Source: Hemiscyllium ocellatum (taxonomy: Eukaryota). Taken from it: a DNA stretch of 64,000 nucleotides. Shown here piece by piece: positions 35,666 through 48,619 of this stretch. The position numbers were made by a program, and so were the translations under genes. The stretch lies in the NCBI RefSeq assembly GCF_020745735.1, contig NC_083409.1, positions 6,437,534 through 6,501,533 of the forward strand. The letters are read 5' to 3'. The notes below the pieces were generated by a model. That model saw only the letters and a list, made by a program, of their open reading frames with translations. It was not told where the DNA came from and did not search any database. How positions within the stretch are numbered: position 1 is the stretch's first letter; each line of letters begins with the position of its first letter.

Positions 35666-38600
35666 CATCCAACACTTCCATTTGGATGGACAAGGGTAGC
35701 AGAAAAATGGGAACACTATCCTCTGCAAGTGTCCCTCCAGGTCACTCCCATCCTGACTTGGAAATATATCGCAGATCCTTCACTGTCACTAGGTCCAAAT
35801 TCTGGAATTCCCTCCCTTAGGATATTGTGGGGTGGTCTGCAGCACATGGATTGCAGCGGTTCAAGAAGCCAGCTCACCACTAACTTCACCACAGCAACAA
35901 GTGACTGGTAATAAATTCTGGACCAGCCATTCACCCCCACATACAATGAAAGAATTTGAAGAAGCTCCTTTCCTTTGGCCTCTCCCTCCCACCCAGCCCA
36001 ATACTCAGGCCTGACCGGATACTTGGATTTCATTTTCCCACCCTACCACCCCCCCCCCCCCCAATATGTGCTGGACAAAAGCTCGCTGTTATTGTAGGAG
36101 CCTGCTGAGAGTAAATGAGCTCTCACAGTTTCCACATTACAACAACGTCCAGATGTTGAAAATATGCCACTGGCTGTCAAACATTGTTGAATATCCTCAG
36201 CTCATGAACGGTGCAATAGAAATACAATTCTCTCTCCTTTTTGTTTCCTCTCCATGCCTTCCCATCTCTCCCCTCACAACATCCCTCCCTTTTTAAAAAT
36301 CTGGAATGAATTATGAATCTCTGGGAGAACTTACTCCGTGGCAGCATTTAAGACTAACGACCAACTTCTCGGTGGGCTTTGAGTGTGAATGTCAATAACA
36401 CTCTCACTGGGACTTGATCTGGGTTGTCGCCAGTCAGTCAGTGTTATTTTTCTGGGGCCAGACAGAACTGACCAACCTTAGACCCTGTGATCTGATTGAG
36501 ATGAAGGATGAACTGTGCCAGGTATTAACACAGGGGTCAGTATAGTGAAGCAGGGATTACCCATTTCACAAGAAAGAAAATTGAACGAATAAACTGGGTG
36601 GCTGTGACACTCACACCCTGACACCGAGAGAGCTGTGTGTGGGGGAGGGGACAGGAACAGTAACATTCTCAGACAGAAAGGATGCTTAAAATGCTATGGC
36701 ATCAAAGAGGGAGGGGACATGAACAGCTACACTTCCCAGTGTGAGAGAGAGAGAGAGGACAGTTACAATTTCTCTCCCCAGAGACAGGGAACAGTAACTG
36801 TCTGTTTCCCACTTTCTTGCTGTATTGTTATGACTTATATCCTGGGAAATTGGTTTGGTTTATATTTTCTCAGTTGTATTTGGGTTTGATGAGTTGATTC
36901 AGTAACAAGTATTCCAATTCTATATTTCCTGTAGCAGCAGATCCACTGAAGGTCATTCTTTCATTTGGAGGTTGCCCAGGTTTATGTCCAGGCTGATACA
37001 GCATGATCTACCAGTGCCGCTCCTATCAGGCTAAACCATTACGCCTGAGGGAATCTGAAGGCACTTTCTCTTTGTGCTGGCAAAGGGAGAGATTTGCTTT
37101 CACTGCAATGGCGGCCAAAGATATGAGTCCGTAGAGGTAGTTTTCCTTGTAAGCTGGACATAGTGGGATGGAAATTCATACAACCACCCACTCCGTCACA
37201 TGGTGTTGAAGATGCACTGCCCTCATCAAAACATGTTTGCAAAGCTCTTCGTAACACGTAAGGGGAGAGAAACATTGAAAATTGTATTATCCCGAGTTAG
37301 CGTCCATTTAAAAACTAGGATCATGCTGTTAAATGCTCCCAGCTGTAAAGAACACTGATGTATTCACATCATAATCTTGTTAAACAATATTATAAAGTCT
37401 GTGATCAGAAAAAAAGTAGTGCAGATTGTTGAACAGGCTCCTGCACCTGGGCCTGAGGCAGGAGCCCAAGCTCCAACACACTGGCCTCATTTCACACCAA
37501 CCTTCACACAGTGTGGGGTCATGAACTCCGGCCATCAATCCCTCTGGGACAGGGACAGAGTGAGGGAACGGGGACAATTGTAGAAGAGTCAATAAGGAGT
37601 AAAGGGATTAGAGGTGGAAATACACTTTGGTACTCAATAATGACATAGTCTACGTGTATCAAAGAATGAACAAAACAGCACACTGTGAAGACAATCATAT
37701 CCAGGGGACATTTTCACTGCGGTGTGATAAGTGTCTTGGTTCAAAAGCTGTTCTCTCCCTCTCTCCACATTTCTACGGATTGAACCAGTTAGATCTGAGC
37801 AGGACCCAAGTTCATTTGTTCTGTTCAGGGACAGTGAAACAGTTGTCCTCTAGTAGCTATAAAGTGCTGGTAGTGCTGCTGAGAACCAAGCATCAAATCC
37901 CGTGTCATGAACATCTGAAGAAAACAGCAGCCATTCTGATAGATTCCAGTGGGAATGAGTTATCGGTTGTTCCCCAGTCAGTCAATCAGACCATGGTTGA
38001 CATGGAAGACAACCAATGAGCAGTGATCTTCTTCATTGGCACAGCAGCTCCCAAAAGGCCTGCTCCTGCTCCTCGGTCCTATGTTCTTACAGAGGCTGCA
38101 GCAATCCTGGACCCGCATCTTTCCTTTGTCACTCACTGACAGAAATACAATTTCAAAACAAACATTATTTTCTTTAACAAGACCAAGTCAATTATGTTTG
38201 CCGTTGTTTTCTCAGCTCCGTTTTCATCTCAACAGGATTTTAGAAACATGAGTTTTGCGTTACGTTGGAGAGGAAACAGACACAAGACAAGGCAAGGCCT
38301 AAGAGAACAGAGAGAGCTTTCACTCTGCACAGCAAGGATGTCACGGGAATCAGGGCTGTCTTGGAGGGAGCTGAAGAGGAGAGAGGCATGGGAAAAGAGA
38401 CCTGACAGTTCAAAATGAAATCACTTCACATATTGTCATCATCTAATAAATTAATGTGAGAAGATTAGAGACCCAGAAAAGCGAGAGTGTGGTGGACCAG
38501 AGGCTCAAAGGCAGACAGCACAGAGCTGCATTATTCCTTCTCGGGGCATTGATGTCATTGACAAGCCTCATAATTATTGCCATATCTAGCTCCTCGGACT

Positions 38601-38774
38601 GAGTTCTTTGCTGAGGGAGTCCATGGGGCTGTTAAGAATGAATCATGTCACTGTGGGTCTGGGGTCACAGACCGGATGGTTACTTGGATCCCTTGCCTAA
38701 AGAACATTTGTGATCATGACATTGAATTTTACGATTTTTGTTTGTGCACATCCCAGCACCTTCCTTCCCAAAAT

Positions 38775-41035
38775 GGGAAGGCCACGTCGGGTTTGGTGCT
38801 AGGTAATGAAACTGGTCAGCTGTTAGATTCGGAGGTAGATGAGCACTTTGATGATAGTGACCACAATTTGGTTTTGTTTACTTGAGCAATTGAAAGAGAT
38901 AGATATATACTGCAGGGCAAAGGTTATTGGTGGAGGAAAGGCTACTATGATGCGATAAGGCAAAATTTAGGATGAATAGGATGGGGGAAGGAAACTGCAG
39001 GTGATATGCACAACTGTAATGTGGAGCTTATTCTGGGAACAGCTACTGCATGCCCATGATAAGTATGTATCTGCCAGGCATGGAGCAAGTGGTCGAGTGA
39101 GGGAGCTGTGGTTTACGAAAGAAGTTGAATCTTTTGTCAAGAGGAAGAAAGAGGCTATGTTAGGATAAGACCTGAAGGCTCAGTTAAGGCACTTGACAGT
39201 TACAAGTTAGCCAGGAAAGGCCAAAAGAGAGAGCTAGGAAAAACCAAGAGGGGACATGGGATGTTGTTGGTGGATAGGATTAAGGATAATCCGAAAGCTT
39301 TATATCGGTATACCAGGAATAAAAGAATGATAGGAGAAAGATTAGAGCCAATCAAAGAGAGTAGCAGAAAGTTGTGTGTGGAGTCCAAAGAAATGGGGAA
39401 GTCCTAATGAATATTTTTCCTCAATATTCACACTGGAAAAAGACAACGTTATCAAGTAGAATACTGAGATACAGGCTACCAGACTGATAGTATTGACATT
39501 CACAAGGAGGAGGTGCTAGCAATTCTGGAAAGTGTGAAAATAGATAAGTTTCCTGGGCCGGATGCGAATTATCCTGGGATTCTCTGGGAAGTCAGGAGAT
39601 TACAGAGACTTTACCTTTGATCTTTATATTGTCACTGTCTATAGGAATAGTGCCAGAAGAATGGACGATAGCAAATGTTGTCCTCTTGTTTAAGAAGTGG
39701 AGTAGAGACAACCCTGGTAATTATAGACCAGTGAGCCTTAATTTGGTTGTGGGTAAAGTGTTCGAAAAGGTTAGAAGAGTTAGGATTTATAATCATCTAG
39801 AAAGGAATAAGTTGATTAGGGATAGTCAACACGGTAGATCGGGCCTCACACACCTTATTGAGTTCTTTGAGAAGGTGACCAAACATGTGCATGAGGGTAA
39901 AGCAGTTGATGTGGTGTATATGCACTTCAGTAAGGCATTTGATAAAGTTCCCCACTATTGTACAAAATATAGAGGCATGGGATTGAGGTGATTTAGTGGT
40001 TTGGATCTGAAGTTGGCTAGCTGAAAGAAGAAAGAGCGTGGTTGTTGATGGATAATGTTCATCGTGGAGTTCAGTTTCTAGTGGTGTAACGCAAACATCT
40101 TTTTTGGGTCACTGCTGTTTGCCATTTTTATAAATGCCCTGAATGAGGGCATAGAACGATGACTTAGTAAATATGCGGATGACACAGGTTTGTGGAGTTG
40201 TGGATAGTGCTGAAGGATATTGCAGGTTACACAGGGACATGGATAAGCTGTAGAGCTGGGCTGAGAGGTGGCAAATGCAGAGCTTAATGCAGAAAAGTGT
40301 GAGGTGATTCACTTTGGAAGGAGCAATCGGAATAAAGAGCACTGGGCTAATGGTAAGGTGCATAGTAGTGAAGATGAGCAGAGAGATCTCGGTGTCCATG
40401 TACACAGATCCTTGATCGTTGCAATCTAGTTTGATAGGGTGGTAAAGAAGGCTTATGGTATTGGTAGAGAGATTGGCTTTAGGAGTCATGAGATCATGCT
40501 GCAGCTGTACAAAACTCTGGTGTGGCCACAATTGGAGTATTTCATACAGTTGTGGTCACCGCATTAAAACAAGGATGTGGTAACTTAAGGGTTCAGAGGA
40601 AATATACTAGGATGTTGCCTGGCATGGAGGGAAAGCCTTATGAGGAAAGGATGAGGGATTTGTGGCTGTTTTCGTTAGAGAGAAGAAGGTTGGGAGTTGT
40701 CTTAATTGAGAAATAGTAAGATAATCCCAAGGTTAGATAGGATGGACAGTGAGAGCCTTTTTCCTCAGATGCTGAGGGGACACAGGTTTAAATTGAGGGG
40801 TGATGGATATTGGAGAGATGTCAGATGTAGTTTCTTTACTCAGAGACTAGTAGAGCATGGAATGCACAGCCTTCAACAGTATTAGACTCGCCAACACTGA
40901 GGGCATTTAAATGGACACGGGATAAACATATGTATGAAAATGGAATAGTGTAGGATAGATGGGCTTCAGAATGTTTCCACAGGTAGGCGCAACACAGAGG
41001 GTTAAATGGCCTGGACTGTGCTGAAATGTTTTCTG
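38775..41035 (+). mobile_element. CR1 (5'-truncated) inserted into arm 1 after the duplication
   Basis: RT motifs WTIANVVLLFKK..PGNYRPVSL..DFSKAFDKVPH. Flanks TTCCCAAAAT (38765) and TTCCAGATAT (41036) correspond to a single TTCCCAGATAT at the empty site in arm 2 (~49585). Confidence 0.9.
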
Positions 41036-43060
41036 TTCCAGATATGACATTGCTCACCACCGCCCTCTGCAGGACAATTAGGGCAGGACAACATATAGCA
41101 GACGAATCAAAGCCTGCCCCATCCAAGGAGAAATCAAAATAAATGACGTACAATTCAAATGATTAAACTGCTGAGGCTTGAATTCATCTCATTGAAAGAT
41201 TGGAGATTCGGCAATGACATGGGTGAACCTGCATTTTTAAATTGCAAGGTGGAGTCCCCTACGGAACAGGCACAAAATAAATTACACACAAAGACCGAAC
41301 AAAAGGCTACCAAAGTGTGTCACCAAACTGCAATAAACAGCAATTTGGCAGGAAGAACTCAAGAGAAAGCAGTTAGTGGGTGTAAGAGGGTAAGACAGAT
41401 AAGTGTAAGATGTCATTGAATGCACAATAAATACATTGAAGCTGTTGGGATAGAACAAGGCAATGGGATTAATTAATTTTTTTCTATTGACAGCTTTCCT
41501 GGTTGTAATGACTCAGAACGTTAAAGGTTAAAGTGCAGCTCATATTGCAAACAATGTAATGCAGTGGGCAAGAAAGGATGTTGAGCAACATAAATGCTTA
41601 AAATTGGGAAGTAAAATCAGAAAAAAATGGAAAAGGCCAATGTGATTTTGGAATGAACATTGAGAGTGAGTATATGGAGGGGAGAGTGGCCAGGACAGCT
41701 GTACTGAAGAATGGTTTGGTCACATCAGGAATATGGTGGACAATTAGGGGCTTCATTGAGGGGCAATGCAGAATGGTCCAGGGATAGGGGATCTTGGTTA
41801 CAAGGAAACGCCAGAACAGGATATCGAGGGGGAGGGAGGGTATTCTGATAACAAAACTTCTTTATGAAATTGACACAGTAAATGTAGATTTACTGTCAAT
41901 ACTGACAAACAGAAAGGCAAAACGACACATTCTCTGGTCATACGCCAGGTACAGAGAGGAGATCAGGAAAATATTTTGATGCAGAGATTAGAATTTAGTG
42001 TGTGCTGATCAATTGGGTCCTCCATTCAAAATGGGACAGAATTACTTCTTGGAATTTGAACAGGTCTGAAGCAAAAGAGCAAATTAGGATCAAATAGTCA
42101 TTTGAGAATATTGAACTGGCCAGAAAAATGCCCGGTGTTTGGAAGATTTTCATTTTGCCTTCATCAGGATAATTGTAAAAGTGCCAATCAAAGGAGAAAA
42201 ACCTGACATTTATATTGCATATGAGGAAAGTGCTGATAGATTGAAATTTTGTCACTATGAACACGCCAGTTTACATGTTGTTTTCCTTTGCTGTTCTAGT
42301 TCTTGTAAATTGTCCTGATGTATGCAAGACAAAAAGCTCCAACATAATATTTTGTTTTTCCCAACATTCAAATTGGGATCAGTTTGGAGAGAAAGAATGA
42401 AGATGGAAATGTATTAAGTTAACAATGAAAATTGATCTAAATTCAGCAGAGACCAGGATAGTTTCACCTTGAACTTAATACAGGAATTACCAGGTGAAGT
42501 TTAATCACTCGAATGAATAACCATCTTCCACCAGTTTGATTGTTTGAATTGTCCGTCAGTTATGCTGATTATTCTTGGGTTGGGGAGAGCATTGACGTGT
42601 CGGCTATGTATTGTCCTTCCCTAACTATCCTGGAGAGGGCAATGGTTAGCCATGAGATTCTTGCAGAGGATCTGACAGAGTGGCAAGATCATGACTTCGG
42701 AGTGGAATTAAGGCCATTCCTTAATTCCATCGAGTCCACTCCGCTGGGCCTGAGTACAGCTGTCAATCAGGAGAATGAGCTGTGACACAAGGAAAAACCT
42801 GGGAGTGGTAAAAAGGCACAGGCAGCCTGGCTAGGCTGCAGAGAGGCTGAACCAGGTTTGATTAATTAACTGATGTCCTTCTGAGCTGAGTTGCAGATTG
42901 AGGCTTTCAGGGCCGCGCAGCTTACACTGTTACTGACCATAGCTCCATGATTGATGAGACCTGCCCCAGAAAAACATCCACAGAAAGCCTCCTGTGTGTC
43001 TTATTTGTCCGTGTGTTTCTCAGACGTGACTGAACAGGCAGCAAGAGTTTCCCCCCGCCA

Positions 43061-43082
43061 CCCCCCCCCCCCCCCCCCCCCC
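43061..43082. repeat. Poly-C homopolymer (22 nt)
   Basis: Directly visible. Confidence 0.95.
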
Positions 43083-43583
43083 GCCGCCCCACTTTCACCC
43101 AACAACTTACAAACTCCTTCTGGGGAAAGGGTTCAGCACCGGCCATCGCCTGCTTCAATGTGTCCTACACCACACCTCAAGACAACAGACCCGATTGCCC
43201 CCTGCCCCTATCATCTGCTCTCCATCTCTCTCCTGAAGGCACTATCACTGGCTGGGAAACATCTCGAGCCTCCCCAGTTGGTTTCATTCCTCCAAGTGTG
43301 GGCTGGAATGGGGAAGCAAGGCAGGCCATTGGACCGGGAGGTGTTAGCCTGGTCTCAGTGGGGATTACTCTCCCTCACGCTCACAATGTTGCAGACGGGG
43401 TGGGTGAACCATTGGGAAATTCAGGGTTGCAGGGATAGTACAGCGGTTTGGATCTGGGTGGGATGCTCTTCGGAGGATTGGTGTGAACACATTGGGGTGA
43501 ATGGCCTGCTTCAACATTGCACAGATTCCATCATTACATGATTCTATCACTGAAGCAAATTATCCAGGGTGAGAGTGAAGTGC

Positions 43584-44085
43584 AGCGCTGAGGGAGTGCA
43601 GCATTGTCAGAGGGACAGTACTGAGGGAATACAGCACTGTCAGAAGGACAGTACTGAGGGAGTGCAACACTATTGGAGGGTCAGTACTGAGGGAGTGTTG
43701 CACTCATGATGTTTCAGTACTGAGGGAGTGCAGTGCTGTCAGAGGAGGAGTACTGAAGGAGTGCTGTACTATCAGAAGGGCAGTACTGACACAGTGCCAC
43801 GCTGTCAGAGGATTCGTACTGAGGGAATGCCGCACTGTCAGAAAGTCAATATCGTGGGAGTGCTGCACTATCAGATAGTTAATGCTGAGGGAGTGCTGCA
43901 CTGCTGGTGTGTCAATACTGAGGAGTGCAACACTGTCAGAGGTTCAGTGCTCAGAGACTATCTATCAGATGGGATGTTCCGATGTCTGCCCTCTCAGGAG
44001 CAGTAGAAGATGCCATGACACTATTAGAAGAGCAGAGCAGATCCCCATGGTATCCTGGTCAATATTTAATAAATATACCTTTTAA
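43584..44085 (+). mobile_element. DeuSINE-like SINE whose 33-bp internal segment is amplified to ~11 tandem units (43584-43948)
   Basis: Units AGTACTGAGGGAGTGCAGCACTGTCAGAGGGAC run into GTCTGCCCTCTCAGG..ATGCCATGACACTATT.GAAGAGCAG..TCCTGGTCAATATTT, the body shared with the copies at 61445-61700 and 62390-62560. Confidence 0.7.
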
Positions 44086-44403
44086 AAGATACCCGGATGA
44101 GCACCTGAAATATCCGAACATTCAATGCTTTGGGCCCAGTTCCAGAAAGTGGATGGAGAGTAGATTTAGTTTTGCCTTGGTGGGACAGACATGATCAGAT
44201 GAGGGACCTCTTCTACACTGTATGATTCTCTGATCCTGTGAAACCTCTGGCTGATGACCATGTTCTGTCCTCGCTCGGCTGATGAGTCAGTCTCTCCTCC
44301 ATGTTGAACAGCACTTGACGGAAGCTCTGAGGGTGGTCAGGGCACAGAATGTACTCTGGGTGGGGGACTTCAATGTCCACAATCAAAAAGGACATTAAAA
44401 AAT

Positions 44404-45200
44404 ATCGGGTTTGTTATGTATTCGATACAAATATTCAAACTGATACTTCTGCCAGTCCAACGCTCACTTCTCCTGTCCCCTCACCCACGTTACCCTCCCC
44501 TCAGCAAGAGCATCAGGAGATCAGAATGTGTGTAGAGTGTTTGAGACAGTCCACAAAGGAGATACAACTTTAAATAGAACAGGGCTGAGCTGGCAGGACA
44601 AAGGTCATTGCCAGCACTGAATTTCAACTCTCTTCCTTCTTGAGACTGGCCTCTGGGAGACTCTGAGATTCAGCGGTTAAGGCAGGTTACTGTGACACTG
44701 TAGAGAGAGCTTCACTTTGTACCCAACCTAGTGCTGTCCCTGTCCTGGGAGTGTTTGACGAGGACAGTGTGGAGACAGCTTTATTCTATTTCTTATCCTG
44801 TCCCTGTCCTGGGTGTCTTTGGTGAGAACAGTACGGAAAGAGCTTTACTCTGTATCTGACCCTATTCTGTCCCTGTCCAGGAGACTGTTTGTTGGGGACA
44901 GTGTTGACTTGTAATAACAAGCATAACCTTTCAAAGATATTGAAAACTATCAGCTGTATAAAAACAATGTGAACCTCAGAAGTCTCTGCTTCAGTAAACC
45001 AGATCTCCTTCCTGCTCAGCCACCAGTTCCAATGTAAGCTTTTCTCATCGTTTATAGGGACAGGATTCTCAGGTTATTGAGAAAATCTCCACACGTGTTT
45101 TCCTCAAGCTACATTGTAGATATGAATTTGTGCAGCTTCCTCTGCCTGGGCTGTTAATTACAGTCTGTTTTCTGTCAATGTCAATCTGGAAAAGGGAATA
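44404..45200 (+). pseudogene. IgL constant-exon pseudogene fragment with 3'UTR and flank (third paralogue)
   Basis: 44404-44456 matches intron 59265-59222. It joins directly to SNAHFSCPLTHVTL..(fs)LSKSIRRSECV* (44456-44535), then 3'UTR/flank matching 58829-58330. The poly(A) signal is AGTAAA (44993-44998) in place of AATAAA. Confidence 0.92.
44696..44905. repeat. ~64-70-bp minisatellite in the pseudogene 3'UTR, 3 units (one unit at 58600-58668 in the other copy)
   Basis: Repeats of GAGCTTTACTCTGTA..CTGTCCCTGTCCTGGG.GTGTTTG..GGGACAGTG. Confidence 0.8.
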
Positions 45201-45204
45201 AAGT

Positions 45205-45455
45205 GGGCGGCACGGTGGCACAGTGGTAAGCACAGCTGCCTCACAGCGCCAGAGACCCGGCTTCAATTTCCGACTCAGGCGACTGACTGTGTGGAGTTTG
45301 CACATTCTCCCCGTGTCTGCGTGGGTTTACTCAGGTTCCTCCCACAGTCCAAAGATGTGCAGGTCAGGTGAATTGGCAATTCTAAATTGCCTGTTGTGTT
45401 AGGTAAGGGGTGTGTTGCGCTTCGGCGGGTCGGTGTGGACTTGTTGGGACGAAGC
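45205..45455 (+). mobile_element. Young HE1 SINE (3'-truncated) that ends the pseudogene homology
   Basis: GGGCGGCACGGTGGCACAGTGG head; near-identical to 54243-54551. Confidence 0.9.
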
Positions 45456-46984
45456 CTCAGGGAAAGGGTGTGGCATGGAACACAAGGGGGCGAATAGAGA
45501 GCGCAATAGGGTCCTGGGAGCAGGAGGGCAATACTAGAGTTAGGGACAGAAGGGGCACTTTCAGCGAATGCAGGGCCCTGAGAAAATCATCCCCAATACA
45601 TGGGGAAAAGAAGGAAGGTATTTTGGAATTCAGAAAGGTTGAATAATGATGCGGAGAGTAAACTGAAGTCAGAGTGTAGAAATGAAAGATCCAAACCCAG
45701 AGTGGGGAGGGTAACTTTCACTCCAACCCCCCCTCCCCCATCCACCATGGTGGTGCTCTGAAGGGGCAGTACCCATCCTGAATGCCTTTGCCTGATGGTG
45801 TACGATGAATGGAGAAGAGCCTGTGTCCATATGTGTGTGGGTGGGGAACAGGGAACATATTGAGTTATCTTGTCAGACACAGATGCATCTATCAAAACCA
45901 ATGGGATCAGCTCCCTGCAGTGGAGAAAGAACTGAAGGGGTTCACGGGGGGACTCGGTGTTGGGAGGGCTAACAAAACTCCGGAGTGGAGGGATGGGCTC
46001 TCTGGGCACTCAATGGCAGTGTATCTGAACATAATGGAGTGAGCTCACTCAGGGAGTGTTCAGAGCAGATTGGCTCATTGCTGTCGGACTGGCAGTGGGT
46101 CTTTACACAGTTGGTCATTTTGAACGTGTTCTGGTCCATATCGGATCAGGGAGGGCTGAGGACCAGGACAAGTTCACCTTCACAACATTGATGGAGCTGT
46201 CTGTGCCAAGGGCTCCCGAAAAGTCCCTCCATCCTCCAGTAGAGCATGGCACAGGACTGTGAGAGCTCAGGTCAGCTCCCCCAAACAGGTTGGAAAGCGT
46301 GTGGCTGACTTGCTGCTGTTTTTGGGAACTGATGAGGAGGAGGACTTGTCCCTTTAGGATGACAGAACTGCCAGGAGTTGCTCGGAGAGACCCAGATGTT
46401 GATCCCTTCCCTGGAATAGCAGGTGAATGGCTGCTGCATTGCTCAGGCTCCTTGAAGCCACACACCATCAAAGAGACCTTGATGTCAAGTGCTGTCACTC
46501 TGCCCTCACCTCACTCGCATGGTCAGGGAGAGCTCAGTCCACTGAATCACATTTATCTGAATGAATTCCACTTGTTACTGATCAGCCCATCTGACCCTCC
46601 CAGCCCATCTATCTCCTCATGTCATCTTGTACTGCTTCGGGACGCACCCATTTGGGAAGGTCAATAAATGGAAAGCACGAAAACTTTAATTCAGATATGA
46701 AGACAATTACTGGTTTAATAGAGGAATGGATATCTTTCATTTGTAAATGGGATCAACATTTCTTTATTGAGTTAAAGTGACTCAGGTTAAATACATCTGT
46801 AGTGAATGTATGAATCTACAACTCCCACACAGGGTGTTTGGATTGGAGGCTAAGTTGAAAGTATTGGTGGCAGATCAGGGAGGTGCAGAGATACCTGGAG
46901 ACTTTGTTCCAAAAAGATGTTCTAAGCCTCAGGACCAGGCAGTCCAATTCCATGTGTAGTAAGGGGCATGAAGATCTGACTATG

Positions 46985-47790
46985 AAGATGGTAGGTAAGG
47001 ATTTGGAGAGCACTGTAGGACAGGAAAACCCCCTACCCTTGTTGTAGTTCTGGATATGCCCACCGAGCTGGGAAGTTGATTTGTAAACATTTTGTCCCCT
47101 AACTCAGTGACATCTTCAGAGTTTTGGAGCTTCCTGTGAAGCGCTGTTGTGCTGTGTCTTCTGGAATTTATTTGGTTCCATTCCTGCTGCTTCCAGTTAT
47201 TGGTTCCGGATGTTCGTTGCAGTGGTCGATATACTGTGTCTAGGTCAATTTGGTTATTGATGGAGCCCATGGATAAGTATCACGCCTCTCGAAATTCTCT
47301 GGCTGCCCACTGTTGAGCTTGTCCTATGATCATAATGTTGGCCGAATCGAATTTGTGGTCCTTGTCATCTGTGTGTATTGATACTAGGGACAACTGCTCA
47401 TGGGTTTGGTTGGCTCGTTGGTGTTCATGGATGTGGATGGCTAGTTGTCTGCCTGTTTGTCCGAGGTGTTTCGGGCAAACGTTGCATGGATTTTTGTAAT
47501 TTGCATCTGTCTTTCACACTGTGGGTATTGGGCTTTTGTTCTCGTGGGCTGTCTGAGCCTGGCTGTCAGTTTCTGGGCAGTTTATGAGTGGTTGGAGTTC
47601 TGTGATGTTTTTGTATAAGGTAGCGTGGCTAATGAGTTAGGTCTTGGCATGCCCTCATCGCGTTGTTTGTCTGTTATGCATCTGTGGATGAATTTGAGGG
47701 AATATCTGTTCTTGGCAAAGTCTTTGTAGAAGTGTTCTTCTCTTTGAAGTTCGGGAGTGCTGCAGTGGGTTGTAGCCCTTTAGAACAGGT
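46985..47790 (-). mobile_element. Second PLE family (Poseidon/Penelope-like) GIY-YIG fragment
   Basis: Minus strand: .KIPCNVCPKH.GQTGRQLAIHIHEHQ..; HKFDSANI.II.QA...AREF.EA..SINNQIDLDTVYRPL. Confidence 0.8.
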
Positions 47791-48619
47791 TCCTAATGCA
47801 ACTTCTCCTGTTTGTGGGGAGGGATCAGGCAGAGAGGAAGAGTCAGTGCAGCCATTATGCAGCATCCATTGTCAAGTTGTCCCATTTCCAATCCCACTGC
47901 AATGTCATTGTTTGCCCTCGACACCAAGCAGATGCTCCCATCAGAAGAGGCTCCATGGCCCTGAGGACTGTGAGAGTAAGCCCTGTCCATTCAGCTCGAT
48001 CATCAAGCTCCAGCATTCCTGATGTGGTGGCAGCCAGTAGAACCCCGCCTATGGGAGATTCCACACACACTCCCTCCCTCCCTGCAGGGAAAGATGATTC
48101 CATGGCCCTGCTTTCTCTCCAAACTGATCCAAATTCAAGTGTTGCTGAAAAAAAAGTAACATTTTGTCAAAGCTTTTGTCTTGCACACAACAAGACAATT
48201 TGTAAGAAATAGCGCAGCAAAAGAATGGAGATCCCAGCGGGTCAGGCAGCATCCATGGAGAGAAAGCAAGGCAAAATAAATGCTTTCACAAGAAGGGTTT
48301 TGTCTCACTTAAGTACTATATTCTCAAATGACTATTTGATCCTGATTTCCTCTTTTGCTTCAGGCTTGTTGAAATTCTAAAAAGTAATTCTGTCTTTGTT
48401 TGTATGGAGTACTCTGTTTATCATCATTCATCATTCAATTCCAATAACTGCATCAAAATGTTTTTTCCTGATCTCTTTTCTGTACCTGGTATATGACTGG
48501 AGAATATGTCATTTTGCCTTTCAGTTTGTCTGCACTGATAGTAAATCTACATTTCCCGTGTTTATGTGTTTTTGAACATCAGAATACCCTCCCTCCACTG
48601 TCGAGATCCTGTTCTGGCC

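Larger units (their letters stand above)
27252..42400 (+). repeat. Arm 1 of an inverted segmental duplication (IgL C-exon downstream flank)
   Basis: Collinear reverse-complement matches: 27252-27790 to 58460-58200; 34525-37940 to 53555-50555; 38570-38772 to 49785-49585; 41045-42120 to 49580-48310; 42285-42395 to 48225-48112. Confidence 0.9.

Noticed and set aside
43584-43948. Regular 33-bp repeat as a CRISPR-like array (also the 49-bp and 18-bp arrays)
   Set aside because: Contiguous tandem units without unique spacers, in vertebrate DNA with no cas genes.
45640-46660. Cluster of short overlapping ORFs in the spacer between the arms
   Set aside because: No consistent frame or motif; probably an unrecognised decayed repeat.
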